From: Candidatus Poribacteria bacterium
Lineage (GTDB): Bacteria; Poribacteria; WGA-4E; JAJDTR01
NCBI GenBank assembly: GCA_965222225.1
Contig: CBDCTK010000002.1
Span: 3,712,001 to 3,776,000 of the forward strand
Length of the DNA stretch: 64,000 nucleotides
Direction of reading: 5' to 3'
Positions within the stretch are counted from its first letter, which is position 1. Each line of letters starts with the position of its first letter. The notes below the pieces were generated by a model that had not been told where the DNA came from, made no database searches, and worked only from the letters and a program-made list of their open reading frames with translations. Below, in pieces: positions 19,722 to 29,830 of this stretch. The position numbers and the translations under genes are program-made.

Positions 19722-21581
19722 GTGCCAGAAACGGTAAATGCCTCCGAAGAAATTGAGACATCGTCGAACGTAACGAAGGAGATCCGTTCGATTATTGCGA
19801 CGGATTGCGGCAGTACGACAACCAAGGCAATCCTAATCGAAAAACGGGGCGATGAATATCGGCTTATCATCCGGGGTGAAGCGCCGACGACTGTTGAAGC
19901 GCCCGTTGAAGATGTCACCGCCGGAGTGATTAACGCAATTACGGAGGTTGAAGAACTCGCCGGACGCCAGCTTTTGGATAACGGGCAAATCATCAAGCCG
20001 CAGCAAGATGGCGCAGGAGTCGATTTGTATATCTCAACCAGTAGCGCTGGAGGAGGGTTGCAGATGATGGTGGCGGGCGTCGTCCGAAATCTCACCGCGG
20101 AAAGCGCCGAGCGTGCGGCGCTCGGCGCTGGAGCGATTGTGATGGATGTCATCGCTTCGAACGATAAGCGCCTTGCCCACGAGAAAATTGAGCGTATTCG
20201 AGCCCTGCGCCCGGATATGATTCTCTTGTCGGGTGGTGTTGACGGGGGCACGACCTCCCACGTCACCGAACTCGCAGAAATAATTGGGGCTGCCAATCCG
20301 ACCCCACGCTTGGGAATCGGTTACGAATTGCCAGTCATTTACGCCGGCAACAAGGATGCCAGTAATCTAATTGGCGAGGAACTTGAAGGAAAGATGTCGC
20401 TTGAGATTGTGGACAACCTGCGCCCGGTGTTGGAACATGAAAACCTAATGCCCACTCGTCTGAAGATTCAGGATCAGTTTCTGGAGCATGTTATGGCACA
20501 TGCGCCCGGGTATAGGAAGTTGATTGACTGGACAGATGCGCCGATTATGCCGACGCCGGGCGCCGTTGGCGCGATTATGCAAACTGTTGCAGACCAACAG
20601 AAGATTCAGGTCGTCGGTGTTGACATCGGCGGCGCAACAACGGACGTATTCTCCGTCTTTAAGAATCGCGAAGGGAGTGCAACGTTCAATCGAACCGTGA
20701 GCGCCAACCTCGGAATGAGTTACAGCATTTCCAATGTTCTTGCCGAGGCGGGATTGGAAAACATCTTGCGCTGGGTGCCTTTCGAAATCGACCAAGCCGA
20801 CCTGCGCAACCGAATCCGGAACAAGACCATCCGTCCGACTACCATCCCACAAACCCTTCAGGAACTGATTGTTGAACAGGCAATTGCCCGCGAAGCGCTG
20901 CGGCTCGCCTTTGAACAGCACAAGCAACTTGCCGTTGAGTTGCGGGGTACGCAGCAACAGCGTACAATCTCCGAAGCCTTCGCTCAATCCGAAGGCGGGG
21001 GGACGCTTGTAAACATGCTTGGGTTAGACATGATTGTCGGCAGCGGCGGCGTACTTTCGCACGCCCCCCGACGGCAGCAAGCCATGCTAATGATGATTGA
21101 TGCCTTTCAGCCGGAGGGAATTACGCGCCTCGCCGTCGATAGTATCTTTATGATGCCGCAACTCGGTGTACTCGCACAAGTCAATCAAGAGGCGGCAACG
21201 CAGGTGTTTGAACGTGATTGCCTTGTCCATCTAGGCACCTGTATTGCTCCCGTAGGAGCCGCAAATCCCGGCGGTGCCTGTCTCTCTATCCGCGTGGAAC
21301 AGTCGGAAAAAGAGACCATTATTGAAGATGTTCCGTTTGGACAATTGCGATTGTATCCGCTCGGAGTTGGACAAAAAGCGCAGGTTAAGTTACAGCCAGA
21401 CCGTCGTTTCGACGTGGGCGCCGAACGTGGCCATGTTCTGGAATCCGAGGTGACCGGGGGTGTGGTCGGTCTAGTCGTGGATACACGAGGACGCCCATTC
21501 GAGATTTGCCCTGATCCCAAACTGCGCGTCCCTGCCCTCAAGAAATGGACGGAAACGCTCAACGTGTACGGCGCCCATTGA
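19722..21581 (+). CDS. Glutamate mutase L (GlmL/MutL)-like actin-fold ATPase
   Basis: DCGSTTTK, SSAGGGL, LSGGVDGG, MPTPGAV, DIGGATTDVFS, RTVSANLGM, GSGGVL. Confidence 0.85.
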   Translation: MPETVNASEEIETSSNVTKEIRSIIATDCGSTTTKAILIEKRGDEYRLIIRGEAPTTVEAPVEDVTAGVINAITEVEELAGRQLLDNGQIIKPQQDGAGVDLYISTSSAGGGLQMMVAGVVRNLTAESAERAALGAGAIVMDVIASNDKRLAHEKIERIRALRPDMILLSGGVDGGTTSHVTELAEIIGAANPTPRLGIGYELPVIYAGNKDASNLIGEELEGKMSLEIVDNLRPVLEHENLMPTRLKIQDQFLEHVMAHAPGYRKLIDWTDAPIMPTPGAVGAIMQTVADQQKIQVVGVDIGGATTDVFSVFKNREGSATFNRTVSANLGMSYSISNVLAEAGLENILRWVPFEIDQADLRNRIRNKTIRPTTIPQTLQELIVEQAIAREALRLAFEQHKQLAVELRGTQQQRTISEAFAQSEGGGTLVNMLGLDMIVGSGGVLSHAPRRQQAMLMMIDAFQPEGITRLAVDSIFMMPQLGVLAQVNQEAATQVFERDCLVHLGTCIAPVGAANPGGACLSIRVEQSEKETIIEDVPFGQLRLYPLGVGQKAQVKLQPDRRFDVGAERGHVLESEVTGGVVGLVVDTRGRPFEICPDPKLRVPALKKWTETLNVYGAH

Positions 21582-21609
21582 GTTAGAGTGTGTGACATTT
21601 AATCGGGTA

Positions 21610-22194
21610 TCACGGTTGCGCTGCCAATTCAATCGCCCCGCAACCGATTCGCGCTCCAGCGGCACCCGACGGTTGTGAGGTAAAATCATCCGCGCCCGCA
21701 TGGACGATAATGCCTCGTCCAACGATATCTACGTTGGAACCGGTGCCTATTTCCCAAAGGTCTGTCGTCAACTCAATACTGCCAGTCCCATCCTCGCCGA
21801 CGTTGATGTTGCCGATGTCGCCAAGATGGAATCCGCCTTCGCCCCACATTCCGTGTGCAACACCGGTGGGATTCCAATGCCCGCCTGCCGACTTTCCGTC
21901 CGGGGAGCTGCAGTCGCCGTATTCATGGATATGAACGGCGTGAAGCCCCGGGGACGCGTTGTTGATTTCAACGAGAAGCGTAATCTGATCGCCGGTCTGT
22001 CGAAAAGTCGCTGCCCCAGTCACGCTACTTCCGCTCGTCGGACCAATTATCGCGATCGCTTGTTGCGAAGCTGGAGCGTCGGCTCCATTGAATAGATCCT
22101 GAAGCATGCCGCAACTCGCCAAATTCATGACGAGTCCAATCAGAAATAGTGGAAACCAGTAAGTTGTATTGAAAGCGTTCAAAGTCTTTTTCAT
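21610..22194 (-). CDS. sodC: Cu/Zn superoxide dismutase, lipoprotein
   Basis: Lipobox LASC; HAVHIHE, SAGGHWNP, HLGDIGNI, IVHAGADD, GARIGCG. Confidence 0.93.
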   Translation of the reverse strand: MKKTLNAFNTTYWFPLFLIGLVMNLASCGMLQDLFNGADAPASQQAIAIIGPTSGSSVTGAATFRQTGDQITLLVEINNASPGLHAVHIHEYGDCSSPDGKSAGGHWNPTGVAHGMWGEGGFHLGDIGNINVGEDGTGSIELTTDLWEIGTGSNVDIVGRGIIVHAGADDFTSQPSGAAGARIGCGAIELAAQP

Positions 22195-22462
22195 TGCTAA
22201 ATCCTCCGAGTCAAAGTAAAATTGAGAAGTTTGGATGCCGTTTTCCCAGTAAAATTCATTGTATTGTGAGGAGCAGGCTTACCAAGGCAATGACTTGAGT
22301 TTAACACAAGGACTTTGGAATATCAACTTCAAAGCACGGAGTTTCATTATCCTTGAGTTTGTCCGAAGTTGGGGCCCCAATCAGACGAGCTGAACTTCTG
22401 CTCTGCAACTTTGCTTCTGCTTCGGTAACCACATTCCGCTTCCCTTGAAGGAGAGACCAACA

Positions 22463-23479
22463 ATGGCAGTAGAAAACCCAATGGACAACATAGAATCCGG
22501 TATAAAAGTAGCCGCCCAGATGTCCCCCGAACCAAGTAAAGAAGATTTACAATTTGTTCGACAGATGGGCGTCGAATACGTTGTATTGTGGACTGACGGT
22601 GCGCACGCAAACTATGACTATTTCATGAGCCGTCGCGATATTTTCGAGAATGCAGGCCTCAAAATATACGGCTTCGGCAACGGCGATGTGCACTGCCAGG
22701 CGGCGCTCGTGTTAAACCTGCCCAACCGCGATGAAAAGGTTGAACAGTACAAACGTTACATTCGCGATTTGGGTAAAGCGGGAATTCCCTACACCACCTA
22801 CGCCCATATGGCGAACGGCGTCTGGAGCACCAATCCCGAGCAAGCCCGTGGCGGCGCTCAGGCGCGCGCTTTTGATCTAGCCAAAGCCGAGAACAGGAGC
22901 CAAGGGACAAATCAGACGCGGCTAACCCACGGGCGCGAATACTCCGAGGATGAGATTTGGGACAATTTCACCCATTTCATCAGGGAGGCGGTTCCAGTCG
23001 CGGAGGAAGCAGGTGTCATGATCGGCATCCACCCGGACGATCCACCCGGGCCAAGTCTAGGCGGCGTTCCGCGCTGTATTTTTAGCAGCTTCGAAGGGTA
23101 TGAACGCGCTCTTGACATCGCCGATAGCCCCAACGTGGGGATGTGTTTCTGTGTGGGCTGCTGGTTGGAGGGCGGCGAAATGATGGGGAAGGATGTGTTG
23201 GAGTCCATCCGCTACTTCGGCGAGCAGGGAAAAATCTTTAAGATACATTTCCGCAATGTGGACAAACCGCTGCCGCACTTTGTGGAGTCATTCGTGGACA
23301 ACGGTTACATGGACATGTATCAAGTGATGAAGGTCATGCGGAAGGTCAATTTCAAGGGGGTGGCGATTCCGGACCATATTCCTCAGATGGCGGACGACGG
23401 TCGGGTCGGGACAGCCTATACCATTGCCTATATGAATGCGCTTGTAAAACGTGCCAATGAGGAAGTGGAAGACATGTAA
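22463..23479 (+). CDS. Mannonate dehydratase (UxuA) family protein
   Basis: IHPDDPP, FCVGC, IHFRNV, F.E.F.D.GYMDM, PDHIP motifs. Confidence 0.85.
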   Translation: MAVENPMDNIESGIKVAAQMSPEPSKEDLQFVRQMGVEYVVLWTDGAHANYDYFMSRRDIFENAGLKIYGFGNGDVHCQAALVLNLPNRDEKVEQYKRYIRDLGKAGIPYTTYAHMANGVWSTNPEQARGGAQARAFDLAKAENRSQGTNQTRLTHGREYSEDEIWDNFTHFIREAVPVAEEAGVMIGIHPDDPPGPSLGGVPRCIFSSFEGYERALDIADSPNVGMCFCVGCWLEGGEMMGKDVLESIRYFGEQGKIFKIHFRNVDKPLPHFVESFVDNGYMDMYQVMKVMRKVNFKGVAIPDHIPQMADDGRVGTAYTIAYMNALVKRANEEVEDM

Positions 23480-23544
23480 CCCAGGTTGTCGCTTAAAAGG
23501 AACGCGGCAAACCGGGAGGACGTGAGTTAAGTTGGGTCAATAAT

Positions 23545-23616
23545 CGCACGTAGTGTATTGTCAAATCCACTACGTGCGTACGGGTATGGCTTGGATATAT
23601 CTATCCAAGCCGAGCA
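23545..23616. repeat. Palindrome pair also present inside the 11.7-kb MITE
   Basis: CGCACGTAGTGTATT..AATCCACTACGTGCG and GGCTTGGATA..TCCAAGCCGAGC; matches 11801-11866. Confidence 0.7.
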
Positions 23617-23873
23617 GGATTGAATTATCCGGAAAATCGGTAGCTAGTAGGTTGGGTTGAAGGGAAGTGTAAGCTCTACAAGGGTTTCAATAAAGTGCCT
23701 GCTTTTTGATGCCACTAGCGTGTGGATGAAGAGAGTGAAACCCAACAACCTCATTACCCACAGGTACAGTCGAGGGTGGTGTGGAAGCAAATCTTCAATC
23801 CTTCCTGCCCACTTTCCCCGGTCGCCTCAGAAAATAAACTTTAGTAATGAAACTTGCTTACAAGGAGCGTTTC

Positions 23874-24467
23874 ATGAGCATAGAATACCCTCCCCAAATT
23901 GATGAATTCGTTCAGAAACTTGATGCGCGTCAACCACTGCCCCCACTCGCGCCGGAGAAGGAGTGGGATACCGACCTGACGAAACGGATTCAAGAAACCA
24001 AAATAACAGATCTCTTTGACGGTCGGGCACTCAAAGATTCATCCCTGGCAAATGCCGTGAAATCCGGACTGCTGCTCTGGAATGATGCGTTGGACGACTC
24101 TCACAACATCTCTCAGGGAATCGCCTCCAAGACGGGCAGTTATTGGCACGGTATTATGCACCGGCGCGAACCGGACTATAGCAATTCCAAATATTGGTTC
24201 GCCCGAGTGGGGAACCATCCCGTCTTCCCTGCGCTGCGCAAGCGCGTTCTGGATACCCTCAATGCTGAGCCAAGCCAATCGACGCAGCTTGCTCGCTACA
24301 TGGAGGCAATCGAGCAAAAGGACAACTGGGATGCCCCGAAATTTATCGATTGGTGCCAAGACGCCGCCGGGCATACCGAGGGGGAGGTCGTTCAGTTCTT
24401 GCAAACGGTGCAGGTCGAGGAGATTAAACTCCTGCTTGACTACTCCTGCCGAAATGCCCTTGCCTGA
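23874..24467 (+). CDS. Conserved hypothetical helical protein
   Basis: SH.ISQ...YWHGIMHRREPDYSNSKYWF motif; AAGGAG SD. Confidence 0.8.
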   Translation: MSIEYPPQIDEFVQKLDARQPLPPLAPEKEWDTDLTKRIQETKITDLFDGRALKDSSLANAVKSGLLLWNDALDDSHNISQGIASKTGSYWHGIMHRREPDYSNSKYWFARVGNHPVFPALRKRVLDTLNAEPSQSTQLARYMEAIEQKDNWDAPKFIDWCQDAAGHTEGEVVQFLQTVQVEEIKLLLDYSCRNALA

Positions 24468-24586
24468 AAGCAGGCAGATTTGAAGGTCGCCCTGAAAAAC
24501 CCTCGGATACGAGAGTTTTGTGTCTAGTATATGGAGCGGTTGTTCTGTTGGGTCGGGAGACCATCCATGATTTGAGGGAGAAATCG

Positions 24587-26572
24587 ATGAATTTCCGACA
24601 GAAAATCACACTATATCTTTTACTCTATATCGCGATGTGCAGCGCCGCATTCGCCCAAGTCGTTGAGATACCCGACCCCAACCTTCGCGCTGCCATCGCC
24701 GATGTGTTGGGCATCCCGCGTGGCGCTCCCATCACCCAAGACGATATGAATCGCCTGACACACCTTGACGTTCTGGACCAAGGTATAGCCAATCTAACCG
24801 GCTTGGAGTTCGCAATAAATCTCACGTCCCTTCGTATTGCCGACAACCCAATATCTGACCTACGTCCACTCGCCGGGTTGACCCAGTTGGAAGACCTATC
24901 AATGTGGGCGGTTCGTCATGCCGACATTAGTCCACTGTCCAATCTCACGAGTCTCCGAGGTCTTGACATTGCAGCATGTATTATTGACGACATTAGCGCG
25001 TTAGCAACGTTAACCCAACTTGTCGGGCTTAATATCAGAGGGAACAACATTGCCGATATTCGTCCGCTGTCAAATCTCAAACGACTTAAATCTTTACATG
25101 CCGATAATAATCGTATTACTGATGTCACTCCACTTAGCAATTTGCCAAGGCTGGACTGGTTAGAAATCCACCACAATCAAATAACCGACCATAGCCCGCT
25201 GGACGCGCTCGCACTGTCTCATTTTACGTATGATCAAACATGCGAGATGCCGCCGCTTCCCCTTGAACCACGATTAGCGAATAGAAACTACCCTTCGGTA
25301 TTTACGCGATGGGGCGGCGCTTCTAGAATTGACAATCGTCCCGATGTATCCTTGACGGAAAATACCGCGCTTCATGATTTATGGTACGACGGCCCTCAAT
25401 TTGATTTAGAATTCCAAGAAACATCTCACGGCTTTGCGATAGCCGGCATTCTTGACGAGGCGGTGCAAAGACGCGATGAATATCTTTCTATCAATCCAAA
25501 CATGGTGTTCATTGTTGATATCCGGATGAGAGAAGAGTGGGTATGGGACCTTCCCGAGAACTGGCCGGGCTGGATACGAGACGCCGATGGCCAAAGAGTA
25601 AGCGATTGGCCCGACGCTTTCCTGAACGATTTTACTAACCCACTTGTCCAAGATCGCATTGTCCAACAGGCCATTGCAGTATCCAAGTGCGGTTTGTACG
25701 ACGGCATTTTCTTCGATTATTGGACCGAGAAATGGCCCGTTCTTTCGGGCTGGCGCAGTATGGAAGCTGAACAACGCGCTCGTGACGAGATCTTGAGACG
25801 CATCCGCGCGGCAACCCGCCCGAATTTCCTAATAACGGGCAATGTGAATAATGCAATACTTCCTAGAACCACACCTTACGTCAACAGTGGATTCATGGAA
25901 ACAGTGGTACCGGCTGATCGTGATCTGGAAGATGTCACACGGGAAATAAATATCGACGCCAATTCTCTGTTCTGGCTAGATAAGAATCTGCGCGAACCGC
26001 GTGTCAACGGAATAGAAGGCTGGGCAGTTCCCACCGAAGCACCCGATAGCCCAACGAACCTCCGCTGGATGCGGGCTTTCACTGCACTCAGCCTAACGCA
26101 TTCCGACGAGTACGTCGCTTACCGAAATATAATAGGAGACTCTTACCACTGGTACGACTTCTGCGATGCTAACCTCGGACGCCCCGTCGGGGAGAAGGGG
26201 CAGGTCTATGAGGGGCGATCAAGCGAGGGGACAGCGAGTGCGATAGAGATCCCAGGGCTTTATATCCGCGAATTCACGAACGGCTGGGCTGTTTACAACC
26301 ACAGCGGCGCGGCGCAGGTCATCACGCTGCCGGAGGAGGTGCAGGGCGTCGCTAGCGGGTTGGTAAACACGGAGCATGCGCTCCCCAACCTTGACGGGGA
26401 GATGTATCTGCGCGTCAAACCGAAGAACCCGGCGGATGTCAACGGGGACGGGGTGGTGAATATCTTCGACTTAACGATAGTTGCGCAGGAATTCGGGACG
26501 GATAGTTTGAAGGGAGATGAGGATGGGGTTGTCAATGTGTTTGACCTTGTGTTTGTGGCGAACCAATTCTGA
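24587..26572 (+). CDS. Secreted internalin-type LRR + putative glycoside-hydrolase barrel + dockerin protein
   Basis: Signal peptide, VEIPDPNLRAAI cap, 22-aa LRRs, YDGIFFD, C-terminal DVNGDGVVNIFDL. Confidence 0.85.
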   Translation: MNFRQKITLYLLLYIAMCSAAFAQVVEIPDPNLRAAIADVLGIPRGAPITQDDMNRLTHLDVLDQGIANLTGLEFAINLTSLRIADNPISDLRPLAGLTQLEDLSMWAVRHADISPLSNLTSLRGLDIAACIIDDISALATLTQLVGLNIRGNNIADIRPLSNLKRLKSLHADNNRITDVTPLSNLPRLDWLEIHHNQITDHSPLDALALSHFTYDQTCEMPPLPLEPRLANRNYPSVFTRWGGASRIDNRPDVSLTENTALHDLWYDGPQFDLEFQETSHGFAIAGILDEAVQRRDEYLSINPNMVFIVDIRMREEWVWDLPENWPGWIRDADGQRVSDWPDAFLNDFTNPLVQDRIVQQAIAVSKCGLYDGIFFDYWTEKWPVLSGWRSMEAEQRARDEILRRIRAATRPNFLITGNVNNAILPRTTPYVNSGFMETVVPADRDLEDVTREINIDANSLFWLDKNLREPRVNGIEGWAVPTEAPDSPTNLRWMRAFTALSLTHSDEYVAYRNIIGDSYHWYDFCDANLGRPVGEKGQVYEGRSSEGTASAIEIPGLYIREFTNGWAVYNHSGAAQVITLPEEVQGVASGLVNTEHALPNLDGEMYLRVKPKNPADVNGDGVVNIFDLTIVAQEFGTDSLKGDEDGVVNVFDLVFVANQF

Positions 26573-26580
26573 TGAAAACT

Positions 26581-26608
26581 GAAGGGAATAACAATCGTCA
26601 TTCCCTAC
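26581..26608. repeat. REP-like palindrome family GTAGGGAATAAC-AATC-GTTATTCCCTAC
   Basis: Copies at 26581, 31569 and (interrupted) 33582-33671. Confidence 0.75.
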
Positions 26609-26743
26609 GAAGAAGAGGCTGGTGCAGGGAGAAGCGGGAAATCGTCGCTCACTCCGCAAATGTATAGCATACTAACGACCGAAAAACCGCGGGCCTCAAT
26701 GGGACGACATGCGGCAACTTGCGTTATGATAGGGCAAATTCTT

Positions 26744-26989
26744 ATGGAGACTTCACCTCAAGAAAACGCTCAACAGTGGATTGAAAGCTGGAAACGTGCA
26801 TCAGTTGCTTTGGAAGCTGTAAAACGACACGAACTCCGCACCTACGATTATGCGAAAAACCAAGCCATTGTGGACGGGATGTTACATTGGGCTTTTGAAC
26901 ATCGAAAGGTGCGATTGAATAGCGGACTGGTTGAACAACAACACCTATTCATGAAGATGAAATCATCATTAAGTGACTCAGCGGCGTGA
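26744..26989 (+). CDS. Small hypothetical protein
   Basis: WIESWKRA..ALE..KR.ELR ... SGLVEQQ..F motif; start codon uncertain. Confidence 0.6.
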   Translation: METSPQENAQQWIESWKRASVALEAVKRHELRTYDYAKNQAIVDGMLHWAFEHRKVRLNSGLVEQQHLFMKMKSSLSDSAA

Positions 26990-27036
26990 GTCCCGCACGA
27001 ACATACACTTGTCGAAACCGGTGAAGGAGAATAACA

Positions 27037-28557
27037 ATGGCGATGATTGACATTGGACCCACCAAGCAGCTCTTCTTTGATGATTTCCTGATTGAAAGTT
27101 TGGCCAACGCAAAACAGGGACTCAACCCCGCAGTAAAGGTGGATGACAACCCTATCCTCCGCCCGGAGCGTCCGTGGGAAGGAAATTTCATGCGGCCCTT
27201 CACGGTGATTTTTGACCCAACCGATCAAATCTTCAAGATGTGGTACACCGCCTCAACCGTCACCGTACGCCTCGAAAACGGGAAGCCGGTTCCCGGTGGC
27301 GCTTCGGGCCTTGTCTGGGACACCCAAGGCGAAGTGATGTGTCTGGCGACCTCTGAGGATGGGATTCACTGGGAACGACCATCGTTGGGACTCGTTGAGT
27401 TCGACGGCTCGACGGACAATAACATCCTCCCCGAAAAAGAAAATCTGCCGACAGCGCCGGGCTTCCTAGACCTGCACGAGAACGATCCTGCCAAACGGTA
27501 CAAGGCACTGCTCATGATCGGCAGCACGCATACACGAGGGATGCAATACAATCTCTTCTATTCCCCGGATGCGCTCAACTGGACTCCCTACGAACATAAC
27601 CCCGTCATTGATACCGGACAGGAATTGGGACGTTGGGCGGGTCGTTTCCAAGGCTGGGATCCGATACGCGAGACATACTACGTCACAATGGAAGCCAGCC
27701 ACCACTGGCGGGGACCTTACGGCAAACGGCTTGTCGGCAGGGCAGAGAGTCCGGACATGATACACTGGAGTGAGCCGGAGATTATCCTTGTGCCGGACGA
27801 GCACGACTATCCGGACACTGAGTTCTATAGCCTGCCGGTCATCGCCTACGAGGGTATCTACGTTGGACTGCTGTGGATCTTCCGCACCACCAACGTGACC
27901 CATCATCCGGAAGTCATCTTCAGCCGGGATGGATTCCACTTTCAGCGAAACTACCGGGAACCCTTCATACCCCGTGGCGGTTCGCAATCGGACTTTGACT
28001 CAAGTAGCGTATACGTTCAAACCATCATCGTTCACGGGGACCGCATCCTCACCTACTATATCGGCACAAACAGTCGATCGCCTGAAATTGCTTTGGAGTT
28101 AGGCGACAAGTCTGTGGAAGGGATTGGGTTGGCGGTCTCACGCCTGGACGGATTTGTCTCTCTCGACAGTGGGAAGGGTTGGGTTACCAAGAACAGATCT
28201 GAGGAGGAACTACAACACATCTATACCGAGGGGCAAATTTTCCAAGAGCCTGAGTCCTTCGGTCAGATGACGACCCGCCCGTTTGGGTTCTCCGGGTCTC
28301 GCCTGTACCTGAACACAAGCATGGCACCGATCGCCGCCGGACCGGGTCCCGGCGAGGTGCGGGTTGAAATTTTAAGGGCAAACCATAAGAAATTGCCCGG
28401 ATTTAGCTTCAACGATGCCGACCCGATTACGGAATCCGGTACTTCTCAAGTTGTCTCGTGGAATGGCAGTTCCGACGTGAGCGCTCTGGCTAACCAGCCG
28501 ATAAAGCTGCGTTTCTACTTCAAGAACGCCAAGCTCTACTCTTTTCAGTTCAAGTAA
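27037..28557 (+). CDS. GH32/43-like five-bladed beta-propeller protein
   Basis: QLFFDD, NPILRPERPWE, FKMWY, ATSEDGIHWERP, SPDMIHWSEP, RLDGFVSL, KLRFYFKNAKLYSFQF. Confidence 0.78.
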   Translation: MAMIDIGPTKQLFFDDFLIESLANAKQGLNPAVKVDDNPILRPERPWEGNFMRPFTVIFDPTDQIFKMWYTASTVTVRLENGKPVPGGASGLVWDTQGEVMCLATSEDGIHWERPSLGLVEFDGSTDNNILPEKENLPTAPGFLDLHENDPAKRYKALLMIGSTHTRGMQYNLFYSPDALNWTPYEHNPVIDTGQELGRWAGRFQGWDPIRETYYVTMEASHHWRGPYGKRLVGRAESPDMIHWSEPEIILVPDEHDYPDTEFYSLPVIAYEGIYVGLLWIFRTTNVTHHPEVIFSRDGFHFQRNYREPFIPRGGSQSDFDSSSVYVQTIIVHGDRILTYYIGTNSRSPEIALELGDKSVEGIGLAVSRLDGFVSLDSGKGWVTKNRSEEELQHIYTEGQIFQEPESFGQMTTRPFGFSGSRLYLNTSMAPIAAGPGPGEVRVEILRANHKKLPGFSFNDADPITESGTSQVVSWNGSSDVSALANQPIKLRFYFKNAKLYSFQFK

Positions 28558-28614
28558 TAGATTTCGCTTGAATAACAGTGCATATGATGTTTTAATCATA
28601 TCATTCTCTTTCTC

Positions 28615-28676
28615 CGTATGCGGGGATCAAGGGAGTGAATAGTGACCGCGATAGAGATCCCCTTGCCCCGCATCGG
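28615..28676 (+). repeat. Micro-element inside the ATGCGGGG/CCCCGCAT palindrome
   Basis: GATCAAGGGAGTGAATAGTGACCGCGATAGAGATCC at 28625-28660. Confidence 0.8.
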
Positions 28677-28788
28677 TAAGTTTTGATTAACGCTATTAAT
28701 GCACTCCAAATATAGGGAATTGGTATTACAAACCGAACTGTGTAAGTTCCACTATATATAACTCAATCTCACCCGAGGAGGCTATACC

Positions 28789-29796
28789 ATGAATCTTCGA
28801 AGCGTGCGTTGCTATCGACGGTTTGTCCCAGTTGTTTGTATATTCACAATCGTGATGTATGCCACCTATGTCAACGCGGACTCAGTGCAGCCGGCTTATA
28901 AGTATCAAGAGATAAAGCAACTTCACAAAAAGATGCTCGAAGGCAGCGGATCGGGGGACTTAAACGCGCTTATTGATAAAGTGACCGCATTTGTCAATGA
29001 GTATTCCGGGTATAAAAGAGTTGCACGAATCCATTATATCTTGGGCAATGCACTGTCCCGCGCCGATCGCACCGAAGAGGCCGTCCAAACGTATCAACTC
29101 CTCACAAAGAATTATCCGGATGATTCGTTTCCCGGGAACGCTTGGCTGGAGATGGGGTTAGCTTATGACAAACTGGGGCGGCATGACGAAGCCGACACCG
29201 CCTATCGACAGCTTGTCGATCACCCCACGTACGGTTCTCGTCCCTATGCCAAGACGGCAAAGAGGATATTAGCCTTGGACAGCGAGTCGCGCAACGGCGA
29301 AATCCCGTCCAATAGATTCCAAATGGGCTCCCCGGACGCGCTGGTCGGAAAACCGGCAATCGAATTCGATGTCAAGAATGTGAATGGGGGCGACCTCTCG
29401 TTAGAAACATACCGCGGCAAAGTCCTACTGCTCGATTTCTGGGCGGTATGGTGCGCCCCTTGCCGCGCGGAGACGCCTCATCTGAAGAGGGCATACGAAG
29501 AATTTAAAAATCAGGGATTTGAAATAATCGGTGTCAGCTTGGATCATGATAAAGCCAAGTTACTGGAATACATCAAGGAGCAGGAGGTCACTTGGCCTCA
29601 GTTCCTCAATGAAACAGGGGAAAACGACATTGCTCAAAAGTATAAAGTCATGGCGATTCCGCAGGCTTTCCTCATTGATCACGAAGGCGTGATTCGCAAA
29701 GCGAACCTACGCGGGAACTCCCTTGAACCGGCGATTGCCGAATTGATTCAAGAGCGCGATGCAAAGTTGGGCACGGCAAACAACCCCGAGGAGTGA
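28789..29796 (+). CDS. TPR + TlpA-like thioredoxin (redoxin) protein, exported
   Basis: TPR pair; LLDFWAVWCAPC; GGAGG SD. Confidence 0.9.
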   Translation: MNLRSVRCYRRFVPVVCIFTIVMYATYVNADSVQPAYKYQEIKQLHKKMLEGSGSGDLNALIDKVTAFVNEYSGYKRVARIHYILGNALSRADRTEEAVQTYQLLTKNYPDDSFPGNAWLEMGLAYDKLGRHDEADTAYRQLVDHPTYGSRPYAKTAKRILALDSESRNGEIPSNRFQMGSPDALVGKPAIEFDVKNVNGGDLSLETYRGKVLLLDFWAVWCAPCRAETPHLKRAYEEFKNQGFEIIGVSLDHDKAKLLEYIKEQEVTWPQFLNETGENDIAQKYKVMAIPQAFLIDHEGVIRKANLRGNSLEPAIAELIQERDAKLGTANNPEE

Positions 29797-29830
29797 TAAT
29801 TCTGGTATTGATTCATAAACGACAACACAG

